Virus record (IMG/VR): IMGVR_UViG_3300027782_000036
Direction: 5' to 3' (one strand)
Length of the DNA: 64,000 nucleotides
Origin: a virus
The notes beneath the pieces were generated by a model, which worked only from the letters and a program-made list of their open reading frames with translations, was not told the origin of the DNA and ran no database searches. A program made the position numbers and the translations under genes. This document shows positions 18,798-29,546 of the stretch, in pieces; within the stretch, counting starts at the first letter, position 1, and each line of letters begins with the position of its first letter.

Positions 18798-20466
18798 TAA
18801 AGAAACCTATCGGGACAACCCTCTACTCAAACGAGTAGGTATTAAGTATAACTTTTCACAAGAAGAAATTGCTGAGTATATTAAATGTTCACAAGATGCC
18901 GTTTACTTTGTTGAAAAATATATAAAGATTGTAAACGTTGATGAAGGTCTTATCCCATTTAAAATGTGGGACTTTCAAAGAAAGATGATAGCAACGTTTA
19001 GAGATAATCGTTTTGTTATCATGAAGATGCCTCGTCAGGTTGGTAAAACTACCACAACAGTAGGTTATCTTCTTTGGCATACACTATTTCAAGATTCACA
19101 GAACGTTGCTATTCTAGCCAATAAAGGTTCTTTAGCACGTGACATTCTTGCCAAGTATCAACTAGCTTATGAAAACTTACCTATCTGGTTGCAACAAGGT
19201 ATCGTAACATGGAATAAAGGTAATGTAGAATTAGAAAATGGTTCTAAGATTATATCTGCTTCGACATCATCAAGTGCGATTCGAGGAGGTTCTTTCAATC
19301 TAGTATTCTTAGATGAGTTTGCTTTCGTACCAACTAATATGGCGACCGAGTTTTTTAACTCAGTTTATCCTGTAATTTCTTCTGGTAAATCTACCAAGAT
19401 TTTTATCGTTTCTACACCAAACGGTATGAATTTGTTCTACAAGATGTGGAAAGATGCTGAAGAAAAGAAGAGTAGTTATGTACCACTTAATATTCATTGG
19501 TCGGATGTTCCAGGTCGTGATCAAAAATGGCGTGAAGAAACTATTCGTAATACCAGTGAAGACCAATTCAGACAAGAGTTTGAAACAGAGTTTTTAGGGT
19601 CTTCTAATACACTTATCTCTGGTCCTAAATTACAGTCTATGAGATATACAAATGCTTTAGGTAAGCACCAGGATATGGATATCTATGAACATCCGGTTAA
19701 AGAAAATGAAGATGGTTCCGTAAAAGACCATTTATATGCTATCTGTGTAGATGTGGCTGAGGGTAAACAACTAGATTCTTCAGCATTTACCGTGATAGAT
19801 GTATCGACCACACCATATAAATTTGTGGCCAAGTATAAGAGTGCGGCTATTTCACCTATACTTTTTCCTACCATTATTCATAATGCGGCTAGATATTATA
19901 ATAATGCTTACATTTTGGTTGAGATAAATAATAATCCACAGGTAGCAGAGATTCTACATTCTGACCTAGAGTATGAAAACTTAGTGAAGATTATGACGGG
20001 TAATAAGAAAGCTCAGCAGATTTCAGCTGGCTTTGGTAGAGGAGTGCAATTAGGTGTTCGTATGACACCTCTTGTTAAACGTGCCGGATGTTCTAATTTA
20101 AAAACATTAATAGAGTCCGACAAGTTATTAATTGAAGATTTTGATACTATATCTGAACTTTCAACTTTTGTAGCTGGTAGAAGTTCATATGAAGCAGAAG
20201 AAGGTGCTAATGACGATCTTGTTATGACCCTTGTTCTATTCGCTTGGATGACCACCCAAAAGTATTTTAAAGATATTGTATCTCATGACATACGAAAACA
20301 ATTACAATTACAGCATTTTTCACAAGTAGATGAAGAAATATTACCAGTTGGTGAACTAAATGATGGTTTGGATGTGCCTTTTGTAGTAGAAGATGGTGAT
20401 GTTTGGGTATCCGGTTCAGGTGAACCTTATGCTGAATATTTCAAAGATATAACAAAGGGTCTATAA
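18790..20466 (+). CDS. gp17: Terminase large subunit gp17
   Basis: PRQVGKT Walker A, FLDEFAF Walker B, DDLVM nuclease motif. Confidence 0.97.
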   Translation: MSDKETYRDNPLLKRVGIKYNFSQEEIAEYIKCSQDAVYFVEKYIKIVNVDEGLIPFKMWDFQRKMIATFRDNRFVIMKMPRQVGKTTTTVGYLLWHTLFQDSQNVAILANKGSLARDILAKYQLAYENLPIWLQQGIVTWNKGNVELENGSKIISASTSSSAIRGGSFNLVFLDEFAFVPTNMATEFFNSVYPVISSGKSTKIFIVSTPNGMNLFYKMWKDAEEKKSSYVPLNIHWSDVPGRDQKWREETIRNTSEDQFRQEFETEFLGSSNTLISGPKLQSMRYTNALGKHQDMDIYEHPVKENEDGSVKDHLYAICVDVAEGKQLDSSAFTVIDVSTTPYKFVAKYKSAAISPILFPTIIHNAARYYNNAYILVEINNNPQVAEILHSDLEYENLVKIMTGNKKAQQISAGFGRGVQLGVRMTPLVKRAGCSNLKTLIESDKLLIEDFDTISELSTFVAGRSSYEAEEGANDDLVMTLVLFAWMTTQKYFKDIVSHDIRKQLQLQHFSQVDEEILPVGELNDGLDVPFVVEDGDVWVSGSGEPYAEYFKDITKGL

Positions 20467-20477
20467 AAGTTGCGATT

Positions 20478-20485
20478 CATAAATA
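20478..20485 (+). promoter_or_regulatory. T4-type late promoter (CATAAATA)
   Basis: Upstream of gp18. Confidence 0.7.
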
Positions 20486-20539
20486 CATGTATAGCAAAGT
20501 CTATATTCCCACATATTATAAAATTATAAGGAGAAAAAA

Positions 20540-22279
20540 ATGGGGTTTCAATTATCTCCAGGCGTAAATGTTTCTGAAATTGACTTAACCACGGTCATAC
20601 CTTCAGTTTCAACTACAGCCGGTGCCATTGTTGGTGAATTCGTTTGGGGTCCAGTAAACAAAAGAATTCTTGTTGATAGCGAAATAACACTCGTAAATCG
20701 TTTTGGTAAGCCTAATAGTAATACATACGTATCATTCCTAACCGCTGCTAACTTTTTAGCATATGGTAATAATCTTCGAGTTGTTCGTGTTGTTGATGAA
20801 GTTTTAGGTTCTTCAGCAAATAACGCAACATCACAAGGTGTTGGTAATTTAATTCAAAATGAAGATGATTACGAAAATAACTGGACAGCAAATACGTCTG
20901 CTTCTTTTGGTTCATTCTATGCAAGATATCCTGGTGATTTAGGTAATAATCTTGATGTTGTTGCTTGTGCTAACAGCGCAGCAACAGGTTTTTCTAGTTG
21001 GACATACACAAATGTTAATGGTGTTGTTGTTGATCTTTCTACATATTTTGACAGTGCTCCAGGTACTTCAATCTATGCTTCATCGGTTGGCGGTTCAAAT
21101 GACGAATTACATATTGCAGTTATCGATAGGACAGGTAAAATTTCAGGTGAAGTTGGTACAGTTTTAGAAACTTTTGCTCACGTATCAAAAGCATCAGATG
21201 CTAAAAATGATGATGGTTCACCAAACTATTATGTAACTAAAATCTTTAATAATTCACAATACATCTACATAGCTGCACATTGGGCAACAGGTTGGGGTGT
21301 ATCTGCTGTAGGTACAAACTTTGGTACTACTACACCTAATATAGAAAATTCACTAAGTGGTGGCCTTGATGGTAGCACAGGAACAGCTATTTCAGATGAA
21401 TATACATCAGGTTGGGATTTATTTGGTAGTGCTGAAGAAGTAGACGTATCACTTCTTCTTGGAGGTAATGCTTCTGAAGTGTCAGCCGCTTTACAAAATT
21501 ACATTGCTGATTTAGCTACAACACGTAAAGATTGTGTTGCTTTCTTATCACCAACTAGAGCTACTGTAGTTGACAATCCTGTTAATACTGCTGACGAACT
21601 TGTTACATATAGAAATAACACATTAACAATCAACAGTTCATATGCATTTATGGATTCTGGTTGGAAATACCAATTTGACAAATACAATAACGTTTATCGT
21701 TATGTACCACTCAATGGTGATACTGCTGGTCTATGTGTATATACAGATAACGTAAGAGATCCATGGTGGTCACCTGCTGGTTTCAATCGTGGTATTATTA
21801 AAAACGTTGTTAAACTAGCATGGAATCCAAATAAAACAGACAGAGATACAATCTATCCAGCTGGTATTAATCCTGTAGTTGCTTTCCCTGGTCAAGGTGT
21901 AGTCTTATTTGGTGACAAAACACTTCAAGCTAAACCATCTGCATTTGATCGTATCAATGTTCGTAGATTGTTTATTGTGCTTGAAAAAGCAATTGCTGTG
22001 GCTGCTAAATTTTCTCTCTTTGAATTCAATGATGAGTTTACACGTGCATCTTTCATTGCATTAGTAGAACCATTCTTGAGAGATGTTAAAGGTCGCCGTG
22101 GTATCTATGACTATAGAGTTGTTTGTGATACAACAAATAATACTCCACAAGTTATTGATTCTAATCAGTTTGTTGGTGACATCTATATCAAACCAGCACG
22201 TTCAATCAACTTTATCCAGTTGAACTTCATTGCTGTAAGAACAGGTGTTGAGTTTAGTGAAATCGTTGGGAAATTCTAA
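20540..22279 (+). CDS. gp18: Tail sheath protein gp18
   Basis: LSPGVNVSEID, FDRINVRRLF, IKPARSINFI. Confidence 0.97.
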   Translation: MGFQLSPGVNVSEIDLTTVIPSVSTTAGAIVGEFVWGPVNKRILVDSEITLVNRFGKPNSNTYVSFLTAANFLAYGNNLRVVRVVDEVLGSSANNATSQGVGNLIQNEDDYENNWTANTSASFGSFYARYPGDLGNNLDVVACANSAATGFSSWTYTNVNGVVVDLSTYFDSAPGTSIYASSVGGSNDELHIAVIDRTGKISGEVGTVLETFAHVSKASDAKNDDGSPNYYVTKIFNNSQYIYIAAHWATGWGVSAVGTNFGTTTPNIENSLSGGLDGSTGTAISDEYTSGWDLFGSAEEVDVSLLLGGNASEVSAALQNYIADLATTRKDCVAFLSPTRATVVDNPVNTADELVTYRNNTLTINSSYAFMDSGWKYQFDKYNNVYRYVPLNGDTAGLCVYTDNVRDPWWSPAGFNRGIIKNVVKLAWNPNKTDRDTIYPAGINPVVAFPGQGVVLFGDKTLQAKPSAFDRINVRRLFIVLEKAIAVAAKFSLFEFNDEFTRASFIALVEPFLRDVKGRRGIYDYRVVCDTTNNTPQVIDSNQFVGDIYIKPARSINFIQLNFIAVRTGVEFSEIVGKF

Positions 22280-22285
22280 TAAATA
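22278..22285 (+). promoter_or_regulatory. T4-type late promoter (AATAAATA)
   Basis: Overlaps the gp18 stop, upstream of gp19. Confidence 0.55.
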
Positions 22286-22304
22286 GAATAATAGGAGAAA
22301 AAAC

Positions 22305-22844
22305 ATGGCATTTAATGTAACAGAATTTAGAGCAAATCTTTTAGGAGATGGTGCTCGTCCAAATCTGTTCCAGGTTTCGTTAACCTTCCCAGCAGTTGCT
22401 AATTCACCCGTAGCAGGTCAAAGACTTTCTTTCCTTGCTAAGACAGCACAGTTGCCAGGTTCAACAGTTGGAACAGCACCATTGTATTACTTTGGTCGTG
22501 AACTTAAATTTGCAGGCAATAGATCCTTCCCGGATTGGTCTATTACAATTATTAACGATGAAGATTTCAATGTGCGTAATGCATTTGAATCATGGATGGA
22601 TGCTTTAAACAGCCATTCTCTCAACGTTAGAAATCCAGCTGCATTTAATCAGTTGTTATATACAGCTGATGCTAAGGTTACACAGTTTAGTAAAACTGGT
22701 GCACCATTAAAAACTTATAACTTTGTAGGTTTATTCCCAACAGATGTATCACCAATCGAACTTGATTGGGGAACAAATGATAGTATTGAAGAGTTTAGTG
22801 TTACACTAGCTTATCAATTCTGGGAATCTGATACTACTAGTTAA
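22305..22844 (+). CDS. gp19: Tail tube protein gp19
   Basis: GARPNLF, GRELKFAG, IEEFSVTL. Confidence 0.95.
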   Translation: MAFNVTEFRANLLGDGARPNLFQVSLTFPAVANSPVAGQRLSFLAKTAQLPGSTVGTAPLYYFGRELKFAGNRSFPDWSITIINDEDFNVRNAFESWMDALNSHSLNVRNPAAFNQLLYTADAKVTQFSKTGAPLKTYNFVGLFPTDVSPIELDWGTNDSIEEFSVTLAYQFWESDTTS

Positions 22845-22865
22845 TATTATGTTATATTACGTATT

Positions 22866-22892
22866 AGGGGAAGACTTAGGTCTTTCCCCTTT
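22866..22892 (+). terminator. Hairpin/intrinsic terminator after gp19
   Basis: AGGGGAAGAC-ttag-GTCTTTCCCCT with short T tail. Confidence 0.6.
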
Positions 22893-22922
22893 ATACATTT
22901 TGACACTTGAAGGAGTATAATT

Positions 22923-24587
22923 TTGGCATTTTCACTTTTTGGTTTTCAAATTTCACGTCAAGAAGACGATGAAAATAAAGCTTCTCAACAGTCTTTTGTA
23001 CCGCCACCTAATGATGACGGTGCTCTTACCATTTCTCAAGCCGCATACTACGGCACATATGTTGATTTAGACGGTACCGCTAAGAATGAGGTTGAACTCA
23101 TCGGTCGTTATCGTGAAATGGCCATGCAACCAGAAGTTGAATCAGCTATTGAAGACATTGTAAATGAAGCCATTGTTCAAGATGATGATGGAACTTCTAC
23201 TAAAATTGTTTTAGATAAATTAGAACAATCAGATAAGATTAAAAAAGCAATTGAGAATGAGTTTAATACTATTTTAAAACTTCTCAATTATAACAATATG
23301 TCACAAGACATATTCAAACGATACTATATTGATGGTCGTCTATTTTATCAAATTATGGTAGATAAAGATAATCCAATAACTGGTATTAAAGAATTAAGAT
23401 ATATTGACCCACGAAAGATTCGTAAGATTCGTGAAGTTAAAAAAGATAAAGACCCACGTAGTGGTGTTGAATTGATGAATGTAGTTAATGAATACTACAT
23501 CTTTAATGACAAATCAATTAATGGTTCACAAAGTAATTATGGACCAGTAGGAGCTAGAATTGCAAAAGATGCTATTATTAATGTCAATTCTGGTCTTATG
23601 GATTCTCGTAGAGCATCAGTTTTATCCTACTTACATAAAGCTATTAAACCTCTCAATCAATTAAGAATGATTGAAGATGCGGTTGTTATTTACCGTATCT
23701 CTAGAGCCCCAGAAAGACGTATATTCTACATCGATGTAGGTAATCTACCTAAGATGAAGGCGGAACAATACCTCCGTGACATTATGGTCAAGTATAAAAA
23801 CAAACTTGTCTATGATGCTAACACAGGTGAAGTTCGTGACGACCGTAAGTTCCTTTCAATGATGGAAGACTTTTGGTTACCACGTAGAGAAGGTGGTAAA
23901 GGTACAGAAATTCAAACATTACCAGGTGGTCAAAACCTTGGTGAGTTGGAAGATGTAAAATACTTTGAGAAGAAACTTTATAAGTGTCTCAATGTGCCTA
24001 TCTCAAGACTAGAACAAAGCACTGCTTTTTCTATTGGTCGTGCCACTGAAATTACTAGAGATGAATTAAAGTTTTCTAAATTTGTATCTAAATTAAGAAA
24101 CAAGTTTACCGAATTATTTGATCATGCTTTAAGAGTTCAATGTGTTCTTAAAGGTATTTGTACCGATGAAGAATGGACTGAATTTAAAGAACAAATCTAT
24201 TATGATTTTATTAAAGATAATAACTTTGCTGAACTTAAAGATGCAGAATTATTAAGAGAAAGATTAACTTTATTATCATCAATTGATGCTTATACTGGCC
24301 GTTACTATTCTATGGATTGGATCCGCCGTAACGTATTAAGATTCAATGATGATGATATTCAAAAGATTGATGCTGAAATTAAAAAAGAACGTAAAGATGG
24401 TATTCCTATGCCGGCTGATATGCCATATATTGGTGTAGAAATCGAAGGAAATGGTAAAGCTGCACAGTCACCAACCATGACACAAGCTATGCCTGAAGCA
24501 CCACCTGGACAACCACAGGACACTGGCGGTGGAGATTTAAATCTTAAAGAAGAAAATAAAATCTCTAGACTTACCAAAGTAATATAA
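22923..24587 (+). CDS. gp20: Portal protein gp20
   Basis: RAPERRIFYIDVGN, EDFWLPRREGGKGTEI; TTG start after AAGGAG. Confidence 0.97.
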   Translation: MAFSLFGFQISRQEDDENKASQQSFVPPPNDDGALTISQAAYYGTYVDLDGTAKNEVELIGRYREMAMQPEVESAIEDIVNEAIVQDDDGTSTKIVLDKLEQSDKIKKAIENEFNTILKLLNYNNMSQDIFKRYYIDGRLFYQIMVDKDNPITGIKELRYIDPRKIRKIREVKKDKDPRSGVELMNVVNEYYIFNDKSINGSQSNYGPVGARIAKDAIINVNSGLMDSRRASVLSYLHKAIKPLNQLRMIEDAVVIYRISRAPERRIFYIDVGNLPKMKAEQYLRDIMVKYKNKLVYDANTGEVRDDRKFLSMMEDFWLPRREGGKGTEIQTLPGGQNLGELEDVKYFEKKLYKCLNVPISRLEQSTAFSIGRATEITRDELKFSKFVSKLRNKFTELFDHALRVQCVLKGICTDEEWTEFKEQIYYDFIKDNNFAELKDAELLRERLTLLSSIDAYTGRYYSMDWIRRNVLRFNDDDIQKIDAEIKKERKDGIPMPADMPYIGVEIEGNGKAAQSPTMTQAMPEAPPGQPQDTGGGDLNLKEENKISRLTKVI

Positions 24588-24590
24588 ATA
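24583..24590 (+). promoter_or_regulatory. T4 late promoter (TATAAATA)
   Basis: Exact consensus at the gp20 stop. Confidence 0.75.
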
Positions 24591-24618
24591 ACTTAATAAT
24601 CAATCGGAGATTAATAAA

Positions 24619-25173
24619 ATGACAGACCCAAGACAAATTATCGATTACGCAGCTGACGGAGACGCAGTAGGAGTTCGTGAGACAATGTATTCAGCACTCT
24701 ATGACCGTGTAACAGCAGCTATTGAAGCTAAAAAACAAGAAGTTGGCGCTACATTAGTTGGTGGTATGCCACTTGCTACAGAAGAAACACAACTTGATGA
24801 TGATGTTTCGGACATTCTTGATGAAGCTGAAAAATGCGATAGTGAAGAAGATCATGAAGACGCAGCACAAGATAAAAAAATGATGACTGGTGTTGCTACA
24901 AAAGTGGCTAAAAAAGAAGTAAAAGGCCATGAAACACGTATGCATAAAGAAGACGAAGACCTAGAAGAAGGTATTGTTAAAAAAGTAGGAGACACTTTAG
25001 AAAAAGGTGCTGATGCTCTTGGTGATGCAGGTAACGCAATTGGTTCATTAGCTGGTAAAGCTTTAGGTGGCATTTCTAAAACTGTTGGTGTAATTAGACA
25101 AACTCCAGCAGCTGTAGGCATGGCATATAATAAAGGCCGTGTAGGCGCACAAAAATCTATTGCCGGAAAATAA
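24619..25173 (+). CDS. Prohead core protein (gp67-like position)
   Basis: Acidic; between gp20 and gp21; L-x-E protease-type sites. Confidence 0.55.
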   Translation: MTDPRQIIDYAADGDAVGVRETMYSALYDRVTAAIEAKKQEVGATLVGGMPLATEETQLDDDVSDILDEAEKCDSEEDHEDAAQDKKMMTGVATKVAKKEVKGHETRMHKEDEDLEEGIVKKVGDTLEKGADALGDAGNAIGSLAGKALGGISKTVGVIRQTPAAVGMAYNKGRVGAQKSIAGK

Positions 25174-25649
25174 TGAAATTACTAAGTGACTTTGTTGTAT
25201 CAGACACAATTGCAGAAGAGATCGAAGAGTTAGAAGAAGTAAAATCTAAATCTAGACCACAAGATCCTCCTGCAATTTTGGTCATGCGTAGGAAGTCTGT
25301 TAGACAATTTCCTAATGGACAAAGGGTTGCTTTGTATTTTGTAGATAAGTTAAAAAAGTTTGTAACTATACCTTATGATGATGAAAGTGTGAGTATTTCA
25401 CCTAATATGTCAATGGTTAAAGAAGATGTAATGAATCATTTAAATGATATTGTTACTTCTGGTACAGGTAAAAGAATTAGTTTTAAAGATGGTTCATCTG
25501 TTAAAGTAGACCGACAAACTGCTCATGCAGTGTTAAAAGTTCACGGTGCTTTAAATGATGAAAATAAAGAGAAAGTTAAAGACATGGCACATAAGAGTAA
25601 ACAACATTTTATGAAAGTTGTTGACTTTGCCTGGAAGCATACAAAATAG
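25173..25649 (+). CDS. Putative prohead core/internal head protein
   Basis: Position in head module; LEE/VKE cleavage-like sites. Confidence 0.45.
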   Translation: MKLLSDFVVSDTIAEEIEELEEVKSKSRPQDPPAILVMRRKSVRQFPNGQRVALYFVDKLKKFVTIPYDDESVSISPNMSMVKEDVMNHLNDIVTSGTGKRISFKDGSSVKVDRQTAHAVLKVHGALNDENKEKVKDMAHKSKQHFMKVVDFAWKHTK

Positions 25650-25659
25650 AGGATAAAAA

Positions 25660-26202
25660 ATGGCAAATCAATTTACATATCAAGTAATAAAAGATACGAA
25701 TACTCATTCTGTAATTAAACTTACAGGATTTTTTGATGGTTCATCTGGTGATGAATCAAATACAAAACGAATTGTAGCTAATTCACTTTTTGGAGCTTTA
25801 GATAGTTCAAAGGCAAATCTTTTATCTTCAACATCAAATACCGGCGCTAATAATTACTACGGTTTATCTGTAAGTAAAGTTTGGTATAATTGTGCCGCTT
25901 CTGGTACTGGACATGTCCGTTTATATTGGACTGCTGATACTAAACAAACTATTTTAGGTTTTGGTAACGGTTCAGGTGTATATAACGATAATGGTAATAT
26001 GATTACAATTCCAAATTCATCACGTGGCACATCAAATGCAAATGGTAATATTGGTATTGAAACGTATGGTATTGGTTCTGTAGCTAACTCAATATACAAT
26101 GTTATTATTGAATTACGTAAAGATAACTATGAGTATAGCCGTGGTCAGGACAGAGATCCTGGCGCATTTAACTATGGTCCTGACTATACTATTAGACCAT
26201 AA
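25660..26202 (+). CDS. Hypothetical virion protein
   Basis: Clear RBS (GAGGA); within head module. Confidence 0.5.
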   Translation: MANQFTYQVIKDTNTHSVIKLTGFFDGSSGDESNTKRIVANSLFGALDSSKANLLSSTSNTGANNYYGLSVSKVWYNCAASGTGHVRLYWTADTKQTILGFGNGSGVYNDNGNMITIPNSSRGTSNANGNIGIETYGIGSVANSIYNVIIELRKDNYEYSRGQDRDPGAFNYGPDYTIRP

Positions 26203-26213
26203 GAGAGACAACT

Positions 26214-26858
26214 ATGAAACTAATTAAAGAAGTATTCGACAAGGTTGACTTTATTACCGAAGAAAAAGACGGTAAGAAACAACTTTATATTCAAGGTCCT
26301 TTTCTCCAATGTGAGAAAAAGAATAGAAACGGCCGTGTATATCTTAAAGAAACCATGCGTAAAGAGGTTGAAAGATATACTGAAGAATATATTAACAAAA
26401 ATCGTGCCTTTGGAGAATTAGGTCATCCTGATACTCCTTCAATCAATCTAGACCGTGTATCTCACATGATTGTGGGTTTACATGAAGAAGGTAATGATTG
26501 GATTGGCAAAGCAAAAATTCTTGATACACCTTTTGGTACTATCGTCAAGAATCTTATCGATGGTGGTGCTCAATTAGGAGTTTCATCAAGAGGTATGGGT
26601 TCATTGAAGACGCAAAATGGTGTCAATGTAGTTCAAGATGATTTCTATCTAGCCACAGCGGCGGATATTGTCGCAGATCCATCTGCGCCGGATGCGTTTG
26701 TTCAAGGCATCATGGAAAATAAAGAATGGATGTTAGTAGATGGTGTGTGGACCGAGATGCATCAAGAGCAAGCAAAAACGTTGATTAAACGTGCTACTCA
26801 AAGAGATATCGAAGAAGTATCAATGCACATATTTAAGAACTTCATTAAAAAGTTATAA
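26214..26858 (+). CDS. gp21: Prohead protease gp21
   Basis: GELGHP, GVSSRGMGS, DIVADPSAPDAFV. Confidence 0.97.
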   Translation: MKLIKEVFDKVDFITEEKDGKKQLYIQGPFLQCEKKNRNGRVYLKETMRKEVERYTEEYINKNRAFGELGHPDTPSINLDRVSHMIVGLHEEGNDWIGKAKILDTPFGTIVKNLIDGGAQLGVSSRGMGSLKTQNGVNVVQDDFYLATAADIVADPSAPDAFVQGIMENKEWMLVDGVWTEMHQEQAKTLIKRATQRDIEEVSMHIFKNFIKKL

Positions 26859-26861
26859 TAA

Positions 26862-26869
26862 CATAAATA
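26862..26869 (+). promoter_or_regulatory. T4-type late promoter (CATAAATA)
   Basis: Upstream of gp22. Confidence 0.7.
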
Positions 26870-26902
26870 AACAATATACAAAAAGTCCAAGGAGATTTTC
26901 AA

Positions 26903-28078
26903 ATGACTAAAAAACTTAAACTTTCGGAAGCCGCTGCTGACATCTTAGGTGGTAATGTTGCCGCTAAAAGATCAGGCCAGGATTCGTTCGGATTAGGTAA
27001 ATCACTTAACCCAGCTGGTGTTCAAGCAGGTCAAATAGATTTAGGTGCAGCTCATACTAAAACTACTGATGCTAACCCAGAATATACAAAAGGCGTTCCA
27101 TCTGCTACTGCTCCAGGTAAATCTGGTTTAGGTAAACAAACAGACGGTGTTGGTGCTACTAAATTATCAGGTCCTGCAGATTCAGAAGGTCAAGCAGTTG
27201 TAGATGGTGAGCAAGATGCTGATTCTTTAGAAACAATCGCTAATCGTAAACCAGGTAAAAAACCAACTCAAACAATGCAAGCAAATCCAGGTGCTCTTAC
27301 TACTGCTGAAGAATATGAATCAGATGAAGATACACTTGTTGAATTTGACATCACAGAAGACGTTGATGCACTTTTAGCAGGCGAAAATCTTTCAGAAGAA
27401 TTCAAAACAAAAGCTGCAGTAATTTTTGAAGCTGCTGTTAATGCTCGTGTTCAATCAATCTCAGAACAAGTTCAAGAAAAACTAGTTCAACAATTTGATG
27501 AAGAGTTTGATACATACAAACAAGAACTTGCAGAACGTGTTGACGATTATCTTAACTACGTTGTAGAGCAATTCATGGAAGAAAACAAATTAGCAGTTGA
27601 ACAAGGCTTACGTGCTGAAATCACAGAAAGCTTTATCAACGGTATGAAGAATTTATTCGAAGATCATTACATTGATATTCCTGAAGAAAAAGTTGACTTA
27701 GTTACAGAACTAGCAGACAAAGTAACTTCATTAGAAGATCAATTAAATGAACAGATCAATAAGTCTGTTGATTTGAATAAAGAGCTCAATGAGCATAAAA
27801 AAATGGAAGCTATTCACGCAGTATGTGAAGGCTTGACTCAAACCCAAGTAGAAAAAGTCGTGTCACTTGCAGAAGGTGTTGATTTTACTACTCAAGAAGA
27901 GTTTGTCGAGAAGTTGGAAATGATTAAAGAATCATATTTCCCTTCTAACGTAAAAGTGGCAGACAAATCTGAATTTTTAGATGAACAAGCATACACATCA
28001 GCACCGGAAGAAACTACAAAGTATGTAGATCCTGAAGTTGCTATGATTGCTAAATCAATTACAAAATTCACAAAATAA
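26903..28078 (+). CDS. gp22: Prohead scaffold gp22
   Basis: LSEEFKTKAAVIFEAAV, VDDYLNYVV. Confidence 0.93.
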   Translation: MTKKLKLSEAAADILGGNVAAKRSGQDSFGLGKSLNPAGVQAGQIDLGAAHTKTTDANPEYTKGVPSATAPGKSGLGKQTDGVGATKLSGPADSEGQAVVDGEQDADSLETIANRKPGKKPTQTMQANPGALTTAEEYESDEDTLVEFDITEDVDALLAGENLSEEFKTKAAVIFEAAVNARVQSISEQVQEKLVQQFDEEFDTYKQELAERVDDYLNYVVEQFMEENKLAVEQGLRAEITESFINGMKNLFEDHYIDIPEEKVDLVTELADKVTSLEDQLNEQINKSVDLNKELNEHKKMEAIHAVCEGLTQTQVEKVVSLAEGVDFTTQEEFVEKLEMIKESYFPSNVKVADKSEFLDEQAYTSAPEETTKYVDPEVAMIAKSITKFTK

Positions 28079-28109
28079 CAATAACAACTTTAACAAAAAA
28101 GGAAACAAA

Positions 28110-29459
28110 ATGTATCTTTCAGAAGACATTCAAAAAAAATGGGAGCCAGTTCTAGAACATCCAGAATTGGAGTCAATTAAAGACCCATACAAGAAAGCTG
28201 TTACTGCGATGATTCTTGAGAATCAATCACGTGCAATGCAAAACGACCGTGAACAACTCAATGAAACATTGACAGACAACGGTCCAACAAACCTTACTGG
28301 TGGTGTTAAGAACTACGACCCAATTTTAATTTCATTGGTTCGCCGTGCTTTACCTAACTTAATCGCTTATGATGTTGCTGGTGTTCAACCAATGACAGGT
28401 CCTACAGGTCTTATTTTCGCAATGAGAGCTAAATATAACGATCAAGCTGGTACAGAAGCATTCTTTAACGAAGCTAATACCATTTTCTCTGGTAACAATT
28501 CTATCAACAACCAATTTGGTTTTGGTGGTACTAACTCAACTGACGCTAATACAAACCCAGCTGCTTATGGTAACATTAACCAAACAACTAACGGTTCTAA
28601 CAACTTCACATCTGGTATCGGTATTTCAACAGCTCAAGCTGAAGTTTTAGGTTCTGAAGTTGGTGGTGTATTCAATCAAATGGCATTCTCAATTGAGAAA
28701 GTTTCTGTAACTGCTCAATCACGTGCTCTTAAAGCTGAATACTCATTAGAATTAGCACAAGACTTAAAAGCAATTCATGGTCTTGACGCTGAAACAGAGT
28801 TAAGTAACATTCTTTCAACAGAAATTCTTGCTGAAATCAACCGTGAAGTAATCAGAACGATCTACACAGTTGCTAAAGCAGGTGCTCAATACGGTACTCA
28901 AACTGCTGGTATTTTCAATCTTGACACAGACTCAAACGGTCGTTGGTCAGTTGAACGTTTCAAAGGTTTGATTTTCCAAATCGAAAGAGATGCTAACGTT
29001 ATTGCTAAGACAACTCGTAGAGGTAAAGGTAATGTTCTTATCGTTTCTTCTGATGTTGCTTCAGCTTTAGCAATGGCTGGTGTATTACAATATACTCCTG
29101 CTCTTTCTGCTGATCTTCAAGTTGACGATACTGGTAACACTTTTGCTGGTCTATTACATGGCCGCATCAAAGTGTATATCGATCCATACTTCGGTGGTTA
29201 TCAATCAAACAACGAGTTAGTAACAGTTGGCTATAAAGGTTCTTCACCTTATGATGCTGGTTTGTTCTATTGCCCATACGTTCCATTACAAATGGTTCGT
29301 GCAGTTGATCAATTCACATTCCAACCAAAAATCGGCTTCAAGACACGATATGGTATGGTAGCTAACCCATTTGCTGAAGGTACAGATGTAGGCAATGGTC
29401 GTTTAGTAACACGTTCTAACAACTACTATAGAATTTTCCAAGTTGCAAACTTAATGTAA
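28110..29459 (+). CDS. gp23: Major capsid protein gp23
   Basis: GVQPMTGPTGLIFAMR, FQPKIGFKTRYG; start moved to ATG 28110 after AAGGA. Confidence 0.98.
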   Translation: MYLSEDIQKKWEPVLEHPELESIKDPYKKAVTAMILENQSRAMQNDREQLNETLTDNGPTNLTGGVKNYDPILISLVRRALPNLIAYDVAGVQPMTGPTGLIFAMRAKYNDQAGTEAFFNEANTIFSGNNSINNQFGFGGTNSTDANTNPAAYGNINQTTNGSNNFTSGIGISTAQAEVLGSEVGGVFNQMAFSIEKVSVTAQSRALKAEYSLELAQDLKAIHGLDAETELSNILSTEILAEINREVIRTIYTVAKAGAQYGTQTAGIFNLDTDSNGRWSVERFKGLIFQIERDANVIAKTTRRGKGNVLIVSSDVASALAMAGVLQYTPALSADLQVDDTGNTFAGLLHGRIKVYIDPYFGGYQSNNELVTVGYKGSSPYDAGLFYCPYVPLQMVRAVDQFTFQPKIGFKTRYGMVANPFAEGTDVGNGRLVTRSNNYYRIFQVANLM

Positions 29460-29487
29460 TATTGGAAGTTTTAGTAATAGTCCTAAG

Positions 29488-29515
29488 AAAGGGAGAAGAA
29501 ATTCTCCCTTTTTTT
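29488..29515 (+). terminator. Intrinsic terminator after gp23
   Basis: AAAGGGAGAA-gaaa-TTCTCCCTTT followed by T run. Confidence 0.88.
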
Positions 29516-29546
29516 ACGCCTAAATAATAGATACAAGGAGAAACAA

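Noticed and set aside
28047-28109. N-terminal extension of gp23 in the ORF track
   Set aside because: RBS and the typical N-terminus support ATG 28110
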